From Camelus ferus (taxonomy: Eukaryota): a DNA stretch of 64,000 nucleotides. The notes beneath the pieces were generated by a model. It saw nothing but the letters and a program-made list of their open reading frames with translations. It searched no databases and was not told the DNA's origin. Below, in pieces: positions 1 to 13,477 of this stretch (its first letter is position 1; each line of letters starts with the position of its first letter). The stretch spans positions 109,370,001 through 109,434,000 of the forward strand of contig NC_045696.1 of the NCBI RefSeq assembly GCF_009834535.1. The letters are read 5' to 3'. The position numbers and the translations under genes are program-made.

Positions 1-332
1 GCTCGTCCACTCTTACAGATCTCAGGCCTTCCTCTTTACCTTCCTTTCCTTAGCAAAATGGGCAGAATGAAGAGCAGCCATGCACACTTTGAAATGTTTT
101 CATGCAGCTTGTCACCTCTCCCGAGGGCTTTTAATCCTCTGATGAAAGAATAAAGGATTTGATCTTTTCCAGCAAAATGACTGGGCTTGGAGCAAATGTC
201 TTTAAAAAGCTCTGCTCAGTAAATTTCAGTCATGAGGAAAGGAACAGAGAAATAATTTTGATGGGTGGCTCTTCTTATTACCCCAAAACCATGGCATGCT
301 CAGCTAAACCTGAGTGCAAACCTGCTGTAGTC

Positions 333-690
333 TTTTTTTTTTTTTCAGTTTTATTGAGAGAATTGACGTACATCACTGTATACGTTTAAAGCGTACACCA
401 TGATGATTTGATTTACACATATTGTGAAATAATTACCACAGGAGGTTCAGTTAACATCCATCTTCTGATATAGATACAATACAAAGGAAAGAAAGAAGAA
501 AAGAAAAAAAAAATTCTCCTTGTGATGAGAGCTCTTGGGATTTACTCTCTTAGCAGTGTTCCTGCATCTCGGACAGCAGTGTTAGGTATAGTCATCCCTA
601 GGAGTTATTTATCTTATGTAACTGGAAGTTTGTACCTTTTTGACCAACTTCCTCCAGTTCCGCCTCCCGCCCCCTCCTGCTGTCGTCACC
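333..690 (-). mobile_element. L1 3' end fragment (L1MA-like)
   Basis: Poly-T followed by typical antisense L1 3'UTR (catgatgatttgatttacacatattgtgaaa; taactggaagtttgtacctttt). Confidence 0.75.
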
Positions 691-794
691 GTAGTATGCA
701 TGGGTCCTGGTGTGAGAAGAGGCTCTGTCCTCTCCCCTGTACTCCGCCTTGCTCCGCTGGGAGGGACTGTGCAGTGATCCAGGGGAAAACACAG

Positions 795-945
795 GGATTG
801 GAATCAGATGAAGATTTGAATTTTTTTCTCCGTGTGCTTGCTGTTTGTCCTTGGCAGATTACCTTACCCCTCTCTCCCTGCATGGGTTTCATCACCTGTA
901 AAGAGAGACTAAGCATCACTGCCGCTCTCAGGCTGTAATGTAAGC
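795..945 (+). mobile_element. MIR SINE fragment
   Basis: Degenerate MIR core (cttggcagattacctt...gggtttcatcacctgtaaa). Confidence 0.55.
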
Positions 946-2405
946 AGAGGCCCTACAGAGAGGCCTCATGCAGGTTCACTGGTCTCTGAGTCTTCATTTT
1001 CCTGGGTCCTCAGGGTCAGTGCTTTCTTTCCCTGTTAGTAATTCCTGCACAGCATGAGGGGGGGCCCACGGCGTTCACTTGTGCATTGTTAGGCCAGAAT
1101 TGTGAGACTGTGGTTTTAAAAGAGATACATAGTTAATTGAGACAATTTAGGAAATACAGAAAAGGAAGGTAGACATGATCTAAAGTCCCACAACTCAAAG
1201 ACAAACAACTCTTGGCATATTTCTGTGCAGAGTTTTGTTCCTTTTTCTCCGTATTTGTAAATGTCCTGCAAACATAACTGAATTTTGTGTCTTGCTTTCC
1301 TGTAAAAATAAGCTTTCACTCGTATTCTCTTAACACCTCTTTGTGACTGTTCAGTTGTTTTATGCTATCCTATTATTTCAGTATACTTCCTTATATTTGG
1401 ACATTCAACTTGTTTGCAACTTTTTACTAGTAATACTGCATTAACTATCCTTGTCCATGTAACTTTCTTATGTTTAATAATATTTCCTTATTAATATGCT
1501 TAGAGGCAGAATTTACTAAGTTAAGAAGTAGGAATGTTGTTAAGGCTGTTATTTGGTGTTATTTATCAAATATTTATTAAATGCTTATTTCTGTGGCACA
1601 GAATACAAAGCACTGGGTGTAAAAAAGAAAAAAAAAGAGTTCACTTTAGTTTTTTCCATCTAGGAATTTTCAGCCTAGTCGGGGAAATGAGGTAATTATG
1701 TAAAAAGTTACGTAATCTTGGGGAAAAGGAATAGTTATTTCCAGGTACCAGTGGAAGAGGTGTCATTAGACAATAGGATGAAAGTATTTATGTGTGCCAT
1801 GGAAATTTTAAAACAAGATCTTTTCCTACGTGCGTGGCTTTATTTGTATATCATAGCAACATTGTGTGGTTGGTGGCATCCTCGTGTTAGAGCTATGGAA
1901 ACTAAGGCCAAGAGAGGTGTTCACACAGACAATGAGTGGTAAATTTAGGATTTAGAAATCAGATTCTAAATCTCATGTGATGTGCTGAAGACTTCTTGGC
2001 TTCTTGTGGCAGTTTCAGACTCTTGGTTATCGTACTGCTCTGCAGACTGTGTGGGGCTTTTTTCTTAAGCCTGATGATGAACCAAATGTTACCATAATAT
2101 GCTCATGCTCAAGTCATTTTTTAGGGGGATTACCCTTTAAAGATTTAGTGTGGCTAGAGTGTGTTTTAAGAGACTCTAATCCACAGGAAACATCTTTTGA
2201 GTTTATAATTTTTCCCTATCAAGAAAGTGCATTTGTAGGAAACATTACAGTCATTTAAAATTTTACATTTTTAATGATAATCATGTTTTTAAGTATGTTT
2301 GAGATTTTCTTGTTGTTTTAGGTTATTTTTATTTTGTTACTTATAATTAAAAATAAACCCCTGACGTTTCACTTGTCTTTCTCCTGATTTCTTATTATTT
2401 TACAG

Positions 2406-2538
2406 AAATCTTCTTCCCATTACCCATGTGTGTATAGAAGAAGGAGAAAAACCCATGGTGATACTGCCTTACATGAATTGGGGGAATCTTAAATTGTTTT
2501 TACGGCAGTGCAAATTAGTGGAGGCCAATAATCCGCAG
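2406..2538 (+). CDS. RYK: RYK coding exon (first in window; probably exon 11 of 15 by human numbering), kinase-like domain
   Basis: Polypyrimidine tract + TACAG acceptor ending 2405; donor CAG|GTGAGA at 2539. 133 nt; translates (R)NLLPITHVCIEEGEKPMVILPYMNWGNLKLFLRQCKLVEANNPQ, matching mammalian RYK as I recall it. Upstream exons lie outside the window. Confidence 0.97.
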
Positions 2539-3806
2539 GTGAGAAAACTTTGCCTGAGCACCAGTTATTTACTGGTAGCTTCTAATATTTTTAAAAGTAG
2601 ATGTTAACATTTTTGTATATAAACTGTCTGAAGGCCTGCAAAACAAAACTCAGAATGAACCAGAAGATATGTATAACCTGTTGACTTAGAAGAAGATGGT
2701 TTGTGATTCCTGTCTTGAGGCTTACACTCCGCTGATGCTGAAGTTTTTCCCTGTATAACCGTTGTGTGTTTATTCATAATCACCTCAAACCTTCTGTAAC
2801 ACCGTCTCAGTCATTTTTCTGATAACTCTTTGCGGGCTCTGGTGCTGAATCTCCCTTCTAGGAATGGAAATCGACTTTACAGAGCCACTTGGTCCATACT
2901 GTACACATCCCCGCCCACACCCCCCTACCCCCCTAAAAAGCTGGTGATGACTGGAAGTATAGGTTGTGGGGGATAATTGGGGATATTTTTAATATGCTTG
3001 CTTGCAAGATATCAGTCATCTAAGAGTTTCTTTCTCTTTACTACTCATGCACATAGCTGTGAGGCATTTGTTGGATTCCAGACACATTATGAAGGTAGTG
3101 GTAGTGAAGTCTGGTGGGTGTTTCGCTCCCTTCTGTACCTTGTAGCCTCATTAATTTGGTTTTAGGATTTGTAATAATGTTCTTATTAGAGTAGCCAGGA
3201 GAAAGTAGATTCAAAAGCTGCATTGAATATTTGGCTTTATAGCTATGAGATGCTCGGTAAATTGACAGATTAAAGCTAGGCTTTCCAGCAAGTGGTTGGA
3301 GGCTGTGACCTGTCAGCACCACCTGGAGAGGGATTTCATTGCTCAGCCTACAGTACAGGCACCCTGGCTCTGGAGGAGGCCGTCACTAGAGAGAGCTGTA
3401 GACCTGCATTAGTTTGAAAGTTGTCCCCAGGGGATTGCCTCCTACTAAAAACCTATTGTAAAATAATAATAAGCATTATTAAATATGACCTTGACAATTC
3501 ATTCACTGAACAGATAACTTATTGAGCAGCTACTGTCTGTGCTGGTTGCTGGGGAGACAGACCTAACAGATGAGAGAGACAGTGAAGTAAATGGTAAATT
3601 ACATATTGCAGGATGATAAAGACTACGGCAGACATAAATACAGGGAGCTATGGGAACATATTCTTGGTCAAGAAGTAGCTTTTTAAAACTCAGTGTGTAG
3701 GTGTAAAGAAGTGTTTGGGGATGGAGTAGGATTGTGGAATAAAACAAGCAACTGCCCTCATCATTTTTGTGCTGCCTGCAAACATTGTCGTTTTCTGTTA
3801 CCACAG

Positions 3807-3916
3807 GCAATTTCTCAGCAAGACCTGGTACACATGGCTATTCAGATTGCCTGTGGGATGAGCTACCTGGCCAGAAGGGAAGTCATCCACAAAGACCTGG
3901 CTGCTAGGAACTGTGT
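3807..3916 (+). CDS. RYK: RYK coding exon, catalytic-loop region (HKDLAARN)
   Basis: Acceptor CCACAG ending 3806; donor GT|GTAGGT at 3917. 110 nt; AISQQDLVHMAIQIACGMSYLARREVIHKDLAARNC(V); in frame with the previous exon. Confidence 0.98.
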
Positions 3917-4078
3917 GTAGGTGCTATGAGCTCGTCACTGTTGTTTGGTGTTTATTGCCCCCTGGATTTGGGGTTCTCTCCTGGAGTCACAGTGGGAATT
4001 GTGTTGTATTTGAGTGACTGTGGTCCATATTTTTAAGTACTCTGATTGCATTTGATGTTCACTGTCTTTACTTTTCAG

Positions 4079-4238
4079 CATTGATGACACACTTCAAGTT
4101 AAGATCACAGACAATGCCCTCTCCAGAGACTTGTTCCCCATGGACTATCATTGTCTGGGGGACAATGAAAACAGACCAGTTCGGTGGATGGCTCTCGAAA
4201 GTCTGGTTAATAATGAATTCTCCAGTGCTAGTGATGTG
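4079..4238 (+). CDS. RYK: RYK coding exon, activation segment (DNA replacing DFG; RPVRWMALE)
   Basis: Acceptor TTTTCAG ending 4078; donor GTG|GTAAGT at 4239. 160 nt; IDDTLQVKITDNALSRDLFPMDYHCLGDNENRPVRWMALESLVNNEFSSASDV. Confidence 0.98.
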
Positions 4239-4424
4239 GTAAGTGCTGAGACCCCCAGAAATGAACAGAATGAAAATGAAGAAGAGGCTCCAATGTTTTA
4301 AAAATGCTTTTCTATTCTTTAAAAAAATCGAATAACTGTTCCCTAGAGTAAGGAATTCAGAAAGCAAGTAGAGTTAGTTCCCAGTCAGCCAGTTTGTGGA
4401 GATAAACTATGATCTAAACCATGG

Positions 4425-4550
4425 GCCATCACTGTGTGTAATCTCATTTCGTCCTCACAATAATCTGTGAGAGGGCTGTTAACACTATGAGATAGGTAGA
4501 CACTATTCCATTTTTAGGTGATAATATTGAAGTTAGACAGGTTACAGTAT
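4425..4550 (-). mobile_element. MIR SINE fragment
   Basis: atctcatttcgtcctcacaataatctgtgag...ccatttttaggtga resembles the antisense MIR core. Confidence 0.55.
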
Positions 4551-5114
4551 TTGATTATTTTTTTAAGTCCCAGAATGACCAAGTTGTTGCTTTCTTTTTT
4601 CCAAAAGACCTCTTCCAAATATTATGGCCTGAGCAATTTATAATTCCCCACGTCACTCTCTTCCCTTATGTCAGTTTTGCCCATTCAAGCAGATCATATA
4701 GTGGGATCCTTTATACTTAGTGATGTATAGTTTCAGAAGCCACTTTTATTTGTGGGTTTTTTGCAGGCATTTATAATTGTTTTTAATTTCTGTCACTTTT
4801 TAGTCTGATTTGGAAGATTAATTCATTTTCCTGTCTCTTGCTTACTGCACTTTAGTATTGTACCTGAATATTTAGAGATTAGGTAAAACTTCTGCTTATA
4901 AAGTCGCCTTATCTCACTCAAATGATATCTATTAGTGTTACATGTAAAATCTTATAGAGAAATTTGCTTTAAAGTTTCATTTGTAAAAATGGGCTTACTA
5001 TATCATTGTATGTTGTGTCTCATTGATGTATTCTATTTATAATATAGGGTTACCCTTTTACTTCTAAGTTTGTATGGTTTAAGGATTACTCTTTTAATAC
5101 ACACTTTCCCTCAG

Positions 5115-5565
5115 TGTACTAGTGTCCTGTGGCTGCTGTAACAAATTGCTACAACCTTACTGGTAAAACAACAGGTATTTATTCTCTCACAGTTGAATTC
5201 TGGAGGCCCAGTTTGAAATCAGGGTACAGGCAGGGCCTTGCTCCTTCCAGAGGCCCTAAGGGGGAAACCTTTCTGGCATCTTCCAGCTTCTGGTGGCTGT
5301 TGGCACTCCGTGGCTTCTGGCTGCATCTCTTGGCTCCATGTTCATGTCAGCTTATCCACCGTGTGTCTGTTTCTCAAAACTCCCCCCCCCACCCCCCCAC
5401 AGTGATACGTATGATTACACTTAGGACTCACCTCATTATCCAGGATACACTTCTACTCTTGAGGGCCTTAACTTAATCACATCTTTTGTCATATAAGGTG
5501 ATATTTACAGGTTTTGAGGATTAGAATGTGGACATATCTTTGGGGCCACCATTCAATCCACTACA
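5115..5565 (-). mobile_element. MaLR solo LTR (MLT1B/C/D-like)
   Basis: TG...CA termini; MLT1 motifs (gctgctgtaacaaat, tttattctctcacagtt..ctggagg, ccagcttctggtggctg); 5-bp TSD CTCAG (5110-5114)/CTCAA (5566-5570). Confidence 0.85.
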
Positions 5566-8500
5566 CTCAATAATTGAAATTAGCTAAAATTTCCTTACTG
5601 AAAAACTAATATTCCAACTTAAAATCCTTGAAATGAGAGTGATTTGTTAAGGGAGGAGCCATTTCTTGTTATTATGATCTTCTAATTTTTTTTTTCTTTT
5701 TCAGAAGCTAGGTTAGCTGTTATATTGTGCCTTTCTACACATCAAATGTCTTGATAAAACATGATGTGAATGACCAATTTACATATATAGGTTTTAAAAT
5801 TTTTTCCCTATAAATTAAGGTCTTTTATTATGCATCTCTTCATAATACTTTGCTTTAACTTAATTTAAAATCAACTACTCTCTGAAAAAAAAAAAAAAAA
5901 CTTAACCTGACACTTGACAGATGGGCAGAGTAAATATGAGTGATGGTGAGAAAGATGTTGTCTGCTTCACGGAGCTGCTGGAGAGGTTAATAGTGGATGG
6001 AAACTGGCCTCATGTTGTCAGGCTCTTTCCCAGCCAGAGGCGTGGGGCACGTTGGAGAATGGGTGGAGGTGGGAGAAATGCATCCTGACTCTTAGATTCA
6101 GAACCCCGAGGGTCCAGCTTATATAACAGTGGGGAACTTGGCCTAGTCTGTTCTTTCAGAGCTGTGATAGCAAAATAAAACTTCTCTTTCTAACATTAAT
6201 GTGAAGACGTTAAAATTCCAAGTAAAGCAATATAAACATGCAAAGCAGCTCACACAGTTCTCATAGTTGTCTAAAGAGAACATGGACTTCTTTGGGGGAA
6301 AGGAGGGGTTGCTTTTCTGGTTTTGATATTTGTTTTTCCCAAATGATGTAAAAAAGGGAAGCGGATTTGATTTAGGCCAGCACACAGCTGCTGCCCTGAA
6401 TGGCAGCAAGGACGGTTGTGCTCTCTGATAAGGTGCTTGTTCTTAGGGTTGCCAGGTCTTTATTCAGAGGTTCTGAATTATAGCTGGAATCCCTTGCCAG
6501 TTTCTACCTTAAAGCAAAGTTCTTTTCATGGGGAAAAAATGAGTTTAACTTTGTTTTAGAACTGTGTTGAATTACAGCTGTATGGTTTTCTAATCCATCC
6601 CTTTAGAAAAGCCTACATCTGAACATTTTTTAATGCAGGAAAGTAAGAGAGACTTTTCTCACTTTTTTTTTTTGAAAAATCTCATTCCATAATTGATTTG
6701 AAAGATTAATTCATTCAACTCTTTGAGATGTTAATATCCTTTTCAATGGTTGATTAAAAATTTTTATGTTTTCATTACTCATTGAAATACAGCATAGTTG
6801 CCTTAGAAATGAAGTGGCAATTGTGGTGAACCCAAAACTCATCTAACAGGCAGGAAATAGAATCTGTAAGCATGTCATGTAACTTCAGGAGATTGGAGAC
6901 TGCTTAGAAAAGGGAACATTGATAGCTAATATTTCAGAGGCGTATGCAAGGTAGCCAGTAGTGCTGTTTGCTTGCACAGTGGAAACCCCCAAAATATGCA
7001 TTGCTTAATTTAATGTATTTATCTGTGTAAGTATTCCATTGCATTTTTAAAGTAGTAATAGGAGTTACTCTTTATAACATTTATGATTAGCATATTTCAC
7101 AGGAACTCCAGAGTAAAAATTAGATGATACATTTCAGCCAATGGGACCTTAGTTAATAACACATCTCTAAGCAGTGTGATCTGCATCTCTTCAGCTGGGT
7201 GCACTGCCCTGTATTAGCTGGTAAAGTCCATATAAAGGATACGTGGCTTAGTTAAGCAAATATTTCAAAGTTGTACTTAGAATTAGTTATTTTTATGGTT
7301 ATGGTAGTTTACAAATTTTCTGAGAGTTCACATATTTTATGTAAGAATCTGCTGCCCATCAGGCTACAGTCACACCAGATACGTTATTGCTATTTGATAC
7401 TTGACAGCTTTATGTTTAAAAATCACCACAAACTTAATGGTAAGCAACTTAACAGAAGAAATACTTTAAAATTATAATTAGTTTTAGCATGTCTTGGCAT
7501 AAACTTAGTTGAAATGTCTGTGTGACCCAAGTTCTTCTGAGCTGTACTTAGAACGTGTTGGTGAGAATACCCATTGATTTACATTTAGCATGGTCAACTC
7601 CTAAATGTTCATATTTCTCTCCTTTAGATTCTTATAAATTCATTTCCTTAAAAAAATATATTTTCTCCTAGATATCTTTTGCCTTGGATAATTGAGATTG
7701 AAAGGAATGGGAACACTGTTCCTATGACTGTGACTATTAGTGTAAAAATCCTGCCTTTCAGTTTTGTGGGATTGAATGTTTTTCGAATTCTTATATTAAA
7801 GCATACGTGTTAAAGTTGCTTTTAAACATCTGTATCGAAAATATGTACACATAATCATGCTCTGTACCAATGTTTCCTATATAGATAAAATTGGGGGTTT
7901 AAAAAGCTACATTTAATAATCTACTTTTGGACTATAAAACTTTATTCAGAGTCAAATGCAAAATAAGTAATGTAATCCCACTCCCACCAGAATATCTACA
8001 CATGTAAAATTTGTATTTTAGCTGTTAATGTAGCAACATTAACTGCCTTGGAAGGGACATTTTCTCTGTCTTTAAAAGTCCTTTTGGCATTTCTTTATAG
8101 TTAAAAATTCTACTTGATTTGTTTAGAAATATATTAATGTTTTCCATGTTAAAAAAAATACTTGCTTCTCTGGGTTGTGTTTTCAGTTCTTACTGGAAGG
8201 ATTCAATATTTCACTATGTCAAGATTCTTAATGTTAATATCAGCTTTTAACTGTTGAACTTAGGAAATACGCACAACTAGATTTGACTAGTTATAAATCT
8301 CTAATATTATTCTAAGAGATGACGTCATTATGGGCATTCTTAAGACTATCTGGATATTGTTCTTACTCTGTTTTCATCAGATGTGGTACTGCCATAGATT
8401 TTTTTGGTGACTTTTCTTTTATTTGGAAATAGATTTCTTGATTTATATCTTCTTTGAATTATTTAGTTGATTATAGTAGCTAACATAATTCTGCTCTTGA

Positions 8501-8987
8501 GAGACTTATCTTCTCTTAAGAGACTAAATGCAATCAGGAATGTACAATTAAGAGTTTCTTTCTTGGTGGTTTTCTTGCCTTTATAGTATTACATTGTGTT
8601 TAAAAAGCATTTTCTTGGGAAAAACAAGCCAAGCAAATAATTTCCATGCTAATCTTATCAGTGTGGTTTGTGGCAATGAAGAGATCCTTTAAGGTATTTG
8701 GACAGTTTTTAGGGTGCAGAGAATATGAAAATGTGTTCCTTGACATTTCTTTTGTGAACATTAGAGTTTATCTCTAGAAAGAGGAGGGAACTCTGTAAAG
8801 TTATACAGATACTCTGTTTGCAGTAGAATTTGTTAATATTCGTGTTTGCCCAGTGCCATGGAAAGTCACTGCCACAACTCTGAACATACTTGAGCAGAAG
8901 AAGCTCACACTTATCATATGCCCGTGAAGAGTAGTCTTCTGAGCTACTGTGGCATCAAAGAGCAATAGTTTTCAGAGAAAGCTTATT

Positions 8988-9148
8988 TTCATTATTATTG
9001 TTTGTTTGTCTTGGGGGGATATTAGGTTTATCTATCTATCTATCTATCTTTCTATTTATTTATTTATTTTAAAGGAGGTACTGGGGATTGAACCCAGAAC
9101 CTCGTGCATGCTAAGCGTGTACTCTACCACTGAGCTGTACCCTCCCCC
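8988..9148 (-). mobile_element. tRNA-Ala-derived SINE (camelid Vic-1-like), copy 1
   Basis: Reverse strand reads GGGGAGGGTACAGCTCAGTGGTAGAG...TTAGCATGCACGAGGTTCTGGGTTCAATCCCCAGTACCTCC plus a microsatellite tail; TSD GAGAAAGCTTATT (8975-8987)/GAGAATGCTTATT (9151-9163). Confidence 0.9.
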
Positions 9149-11279
9149 GTGAGAATGCTTATTATTTTTAAAGGGACAGAAAACTTTCTATTTTATGCCA
9201 TTTCTTCATTATTAATTTTAGAATAATACTTAGATTCCCAGTATTTATTTTGTTTCCATTGTGGTTGCAGATATTACACATCAATAATCTTAGGTTTATT
9301 TAAATATTAAACTGACATTAAGAAGAATTGATAAAAAGACATTAGGAAAAAGCTGGGGAAGTGAAAAGATCATTCAGACGTTAGTTTAGGAAATAAAGAT
9401 TTAAAGTTTAATATTAACATTAAGAACATATTGTTTAGTTTTATGAAATAGTATTATTTTAGTAGACCTAATCTTTCCTGGGGATGAGGAATAAATGGAT
9501 TTACTCTAGGAAAAGTTAGTATCTTTTCAGAGAGACCAATTGCTGTCTTGTGACAGTGTAGTGACCCTCGATGTATTTTCTTTATTTGGCTCTCCTTAAG
9601 AACAGATATTTTCCTCAAGAAATCATGTGAACATCTCTTTTCTTCCCTTTCCTACCTTATCCTTATCGTTCTATTTAATATTCCCTTCAAATAGCCCCAG
9701 TGTTCTGATGGACCAATGTCTGAGCATCTGGTACAGTGGACAGAAGTACCATAAATAGCAGACATGTGTGATGGCCTGGTAGGTAGGGCTCCAATACTGG
9801 CTCTTCTGTCTTTTTAAATCATGGATCCTAGGACAGATACATAGCAGAAGAGGTCTCTTTTCAGTCATGTATGACACTCTGTATCTAAAGATGGCTGATT
9901 TTGGAAGTTGAGTTGGCAACATGAACTAAATTTGATACCTGAGGCAATCAGTGCGTTTTATATATAGTCATTATGCACCTGGGTACATTTGTTTAGCTGG
10001 AATAAAAAAATATTTGCCACAGTGATAAATATGGAGGATTATTAAGATTTTAGGGTTAATAGTTTACATTGAAGAATTGTTCAGAGGACCCCTTTAAAGG
10101 TCACTTGTATGAACTTACTAATTGGATCTTAAATTTTAAATAGTAAAGCTTTTTTAAAGTATCATAATTCTATAGATACATATTTCAGCTGTGGCTATTG
10201 GAAAGGCCTAGAAGATATGTGACTGAAAAATTAAAATTCATAGAACATTAAAACTTCAAAAACTGGGCATTTAGAAAGGGATATATACTAATAAAGCCTG
10301 TACCATGTTTGCAGCATAGTGTCAGTTTTGGACACTTATGAAAATTTGTTAGTTAATGTTAGTGAAAATTGAGTGAACGCAGGCTTCTACTCCTAAGAAT
10401 ATTCCTGCATGCTGTTTTGATCTTCAAAGTGAACTTTTAATTAAAGGAATTGGTAGGGAAAGATCCAGAATCCTTCCCGTTGGTCTTCAGTTTTCCGGTC
10501 CTTAACCTTCCCTCCCCTTTATAGCTTCATATTTTCTACTGTACATTTCTTTATATACATTTCAGCCAATCTGGAATTCCTGCTGGATCCAAACATGCCA
10601 GCTACTTTTATGACATTTGATTTGATCTTCTTTGGATCCCCAGAGAACCTTGTATCTACTTAGTGGCACCTATCAAGAATTTTGTGTCTACCTAATGATA
10701 CCGGTCACTTGCTGCCTTGTATCTTCATGCACAAGTCATCTTTCCCAGAATGGACAGTGGGGAACTCTGCCTTAATTATTTTCCTTTAGCAGGTGTCCCA
10801 TATTTTACGTATTTACAAAATTGAAGTTGATGTGTGTGGTGTGTCTTTTGGGTCATTTATTGTAAGGCCATTCACAGCCAGCGTTATTAATCTTATCCTT
10901 GGAGAGCTATGTACTTGACTGTGTAAAAGCATCCCGAATGGCCTCACCCTGTCCTCTTCTCCTCTCTGTTTCCATACTGAGTCCTCACATTTCTCCTTGT
11001 CTCACTCTCACAGACTTCACTTCAGAGATCCCATTTGTTCTCTTGACTTCAGTTGTTATTTATAAGTAAATGATTTATTAATTGACTTTTGTGGCCCAGG
11101 GTCTCCCTTTTAACTGTAAGATACGTTGCATAGACGTCTACTTTGCTTTTCTACTCAGGACCCATGATTCTGAAAACTTCAGCTCCAACTTTGATCTGTA
11201 CTTCTCTTTAGTTCTCCTGTTGCAGTAAGTTCTAAGTCACTACGAAGATACAGCACAATAGAGGACAATAGGCAGAATA

Positions 11280-11830
11280 TCTGGTTTTGGTGGGAAACGT
11301 GATTGATGTGGGTGGGGCACGTTGAGTTCAAGATGCTGATGTGTGGAACGTAGGTCTAGAACTCTGGAAAGACACAGAAGCAAGATATTAGAAACTGGGC
11401 ATCAAGTTCATAAAACTTGTGATTGTATGAACAAGGGAGTGATCTCAGAGGTAGTAAATACAAAGGGAGAAGAAAGCCAAGGGAAGAATATAGGGAATTT
11501 TTATTTTTAGTTAGGGAGAAAGGAAAGATAAACAATGAAATAAAACAGAAAGGTAAGAAGAGAATCTGGAGAATGCTGTGTCTTAGAAACCAAGGAAGGA
11601 AATAGTTTCAAGGAGATTCTAGTCTATAAAACATATCTGCAGTGGTCAGAAAGGATGAGGAAATCATTGGGCGCTTTTGAACAAGCAGGTTTAGTAAATC
11701 ATTAGAGATAGATAAAGCACTTGTCAAGGGCTCTGGGAAGTGAGAAAGTGGGGGCGATAAGTAGATTACACTTTGAAGAAGTTCAGCTGTGAAGAGGAGG
11801 GTAAGGGTCATAGCTTGATGGAATGGCAGG
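11280..11830 (-). mobile_element. L2 LINE fragment
   Basis: Purine-rich degenerate L2 motifs (ttgagttcaagatgc; gtgtcttagaaaccaaggaagg). Boundaries approximate. Confidence 0.5.
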
Positions 11831-12362
11831 CTCAAGAGAGGTTTTATTGTGTTGTTTTGTGTTTTATTTTATTGGGTTTGTTTAGTTTGGTTTTTAGGCC
11901 AGGGAACAATGGGGAGAAAGAGATTGGACATGTGGTTTTTGGAGGTCCAAGACATGATGGGCGAATGGGCTCAGAAGCCCAGGGAAAGGTATAGTTTGGC
12001 ACAGGAAGAGGTATACCTCTTGTCTGATACAGGAGTAAAGCAAGAGATAGAAGAGAGAAGACATGAAAGCTCTTGCAGAAGGCTCACTCATTGACCTGTG
12101 GGACAACTTCAGGTTGCTGAATTCATGTGTAATTGGGGTTTCTAAAGGGACAAAGTGAAGGTAGGGGGCAGCAATGTAAGAAGACAGTAAACCAATATCT
12201 TTAAAGTAGTGTAAGAAAAAACTTGCATAGAATTTTATACTCAGTGAAAGTAGCTTTCAAAATAGAAGGAGAAGTAAAGGAAGTAAAGACTTTTCCAGAA
12301 ATACAAAAGCTGAAAGAATTCATCACCAGCAGACACACACTATAAGGAAGGTTAAGGTGAGT

Positions 12363-12493
12363 GGGGAAGGTATAGCTCAAGGGTAAAGGGCATGCTTAGC
12401 ATGCATGAGGTCGTGGGTTCAGTCCCCAGTACCTTCATTAAAGCAAGCAAGCAAACCTAATTATCCTCCTCCCCTCAACAACAACAACAAAAA
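12363..12493 (+). mobile_element. tRNA-Ala-derived SINE (Vic-1-like), copy 2, nested in L1
   Basis: GGGGAAGGTATAGCTCAAGGGTAAAGGGCATGCTTAGCATGCATGAGGTCGTGGGTTCAGTCCCCAGTACC + (AAGC)n + AACCTAATTATCCTCC + (CAA)n. Confidence 0.88.
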
Positions 12494-13477
12494 GAAATGT
12501 TAAAGTCCTTTAGTAATGAGTAATACTAGATGGAAATATGGATCTGTACAAAGCAGCAAGTACCAGAAATGGTAACTGCCTGGTTAAATATACATGGGGT
12601 TTTTCTTATTACTTAAATTCTTCTAAAAGATAATTGAACATATTTCAATGCCTCTTTCTCAGTAATTGATAAAATAGAAAATCAGTAAGGATATAGATTT
12701 GAATATCAGTACCAACCAACCTTGATCTAATTAACAATTATAGAGCACTCACTGAACAACAGCAGAATGCATATTTTCAGGTGCACATGGAATATTTACT
12801 AATGTAGACCATATTCTGGGCAATGAAGTCAATAAATGTAAACATTTTGTTTATACAAAGTAGGGTTTTGTGAACACAGTGGAATTAACTTAGAAATCAA
12901 AAATAGGAATCTGGAAAATCCTCAAATATTTAAATAATACACTTCCAAATAACCCATGTATTGACAAAGAAATCAAAGGGAAGTTGCAAAGTATTTAGAA
13001 TTGAATGAAAACGACACATTTCAAAATTTGGAAGATGCTGCTGAAGAGGGACATATATACTATCAAACATCAATATTAGAAAAGAAGAAAAGTCTCAAAT
13101 TAGTGATCTTAGTTTTCACCTTAAGAAACTAGAAAAAGAGCAAATTAGACCCCAAGTAAGTAGATGGAAGGAAATAATAAAGATTAGATGGAAGTCAGTG
13201 AAATATGAAACCAAAAATAAGAGAAAATCAGTGAAACCAATGCTTAACTCTGAGAATATCTAATGATAAGTCTTTTGCCAGACTAATCAGGAAAAAAGAA
13301 AGAAGTTGCAAATTAACAGTATAATGATTGAGAGAGATTGTATCATAACAGATTCTCACAGCAGTAAGAGAATATTTTGATCAACTTTCTCCAAATAAAT
13401 TTAGACACGTGGGTGACATAGACAAATTTTTTGGAAAACAAGAATTTTCAAAGCTGACTCAAGAAGTAGATTCTCCA

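Noticed and set aside
4068..4367. 99-aa antisense ORF over an RYK exon
   Set aside because: Shadow ORF opposite coding sequence; no independent support.
9074..9148. tRNA-Ala-like sequences (also at 12363, 13478, about 18890-18966, 61689) as tRNA genes
   Set aside because: Stem mismatches, shared SINE tail, A-rich ends and TSDs show they are SINE heads.
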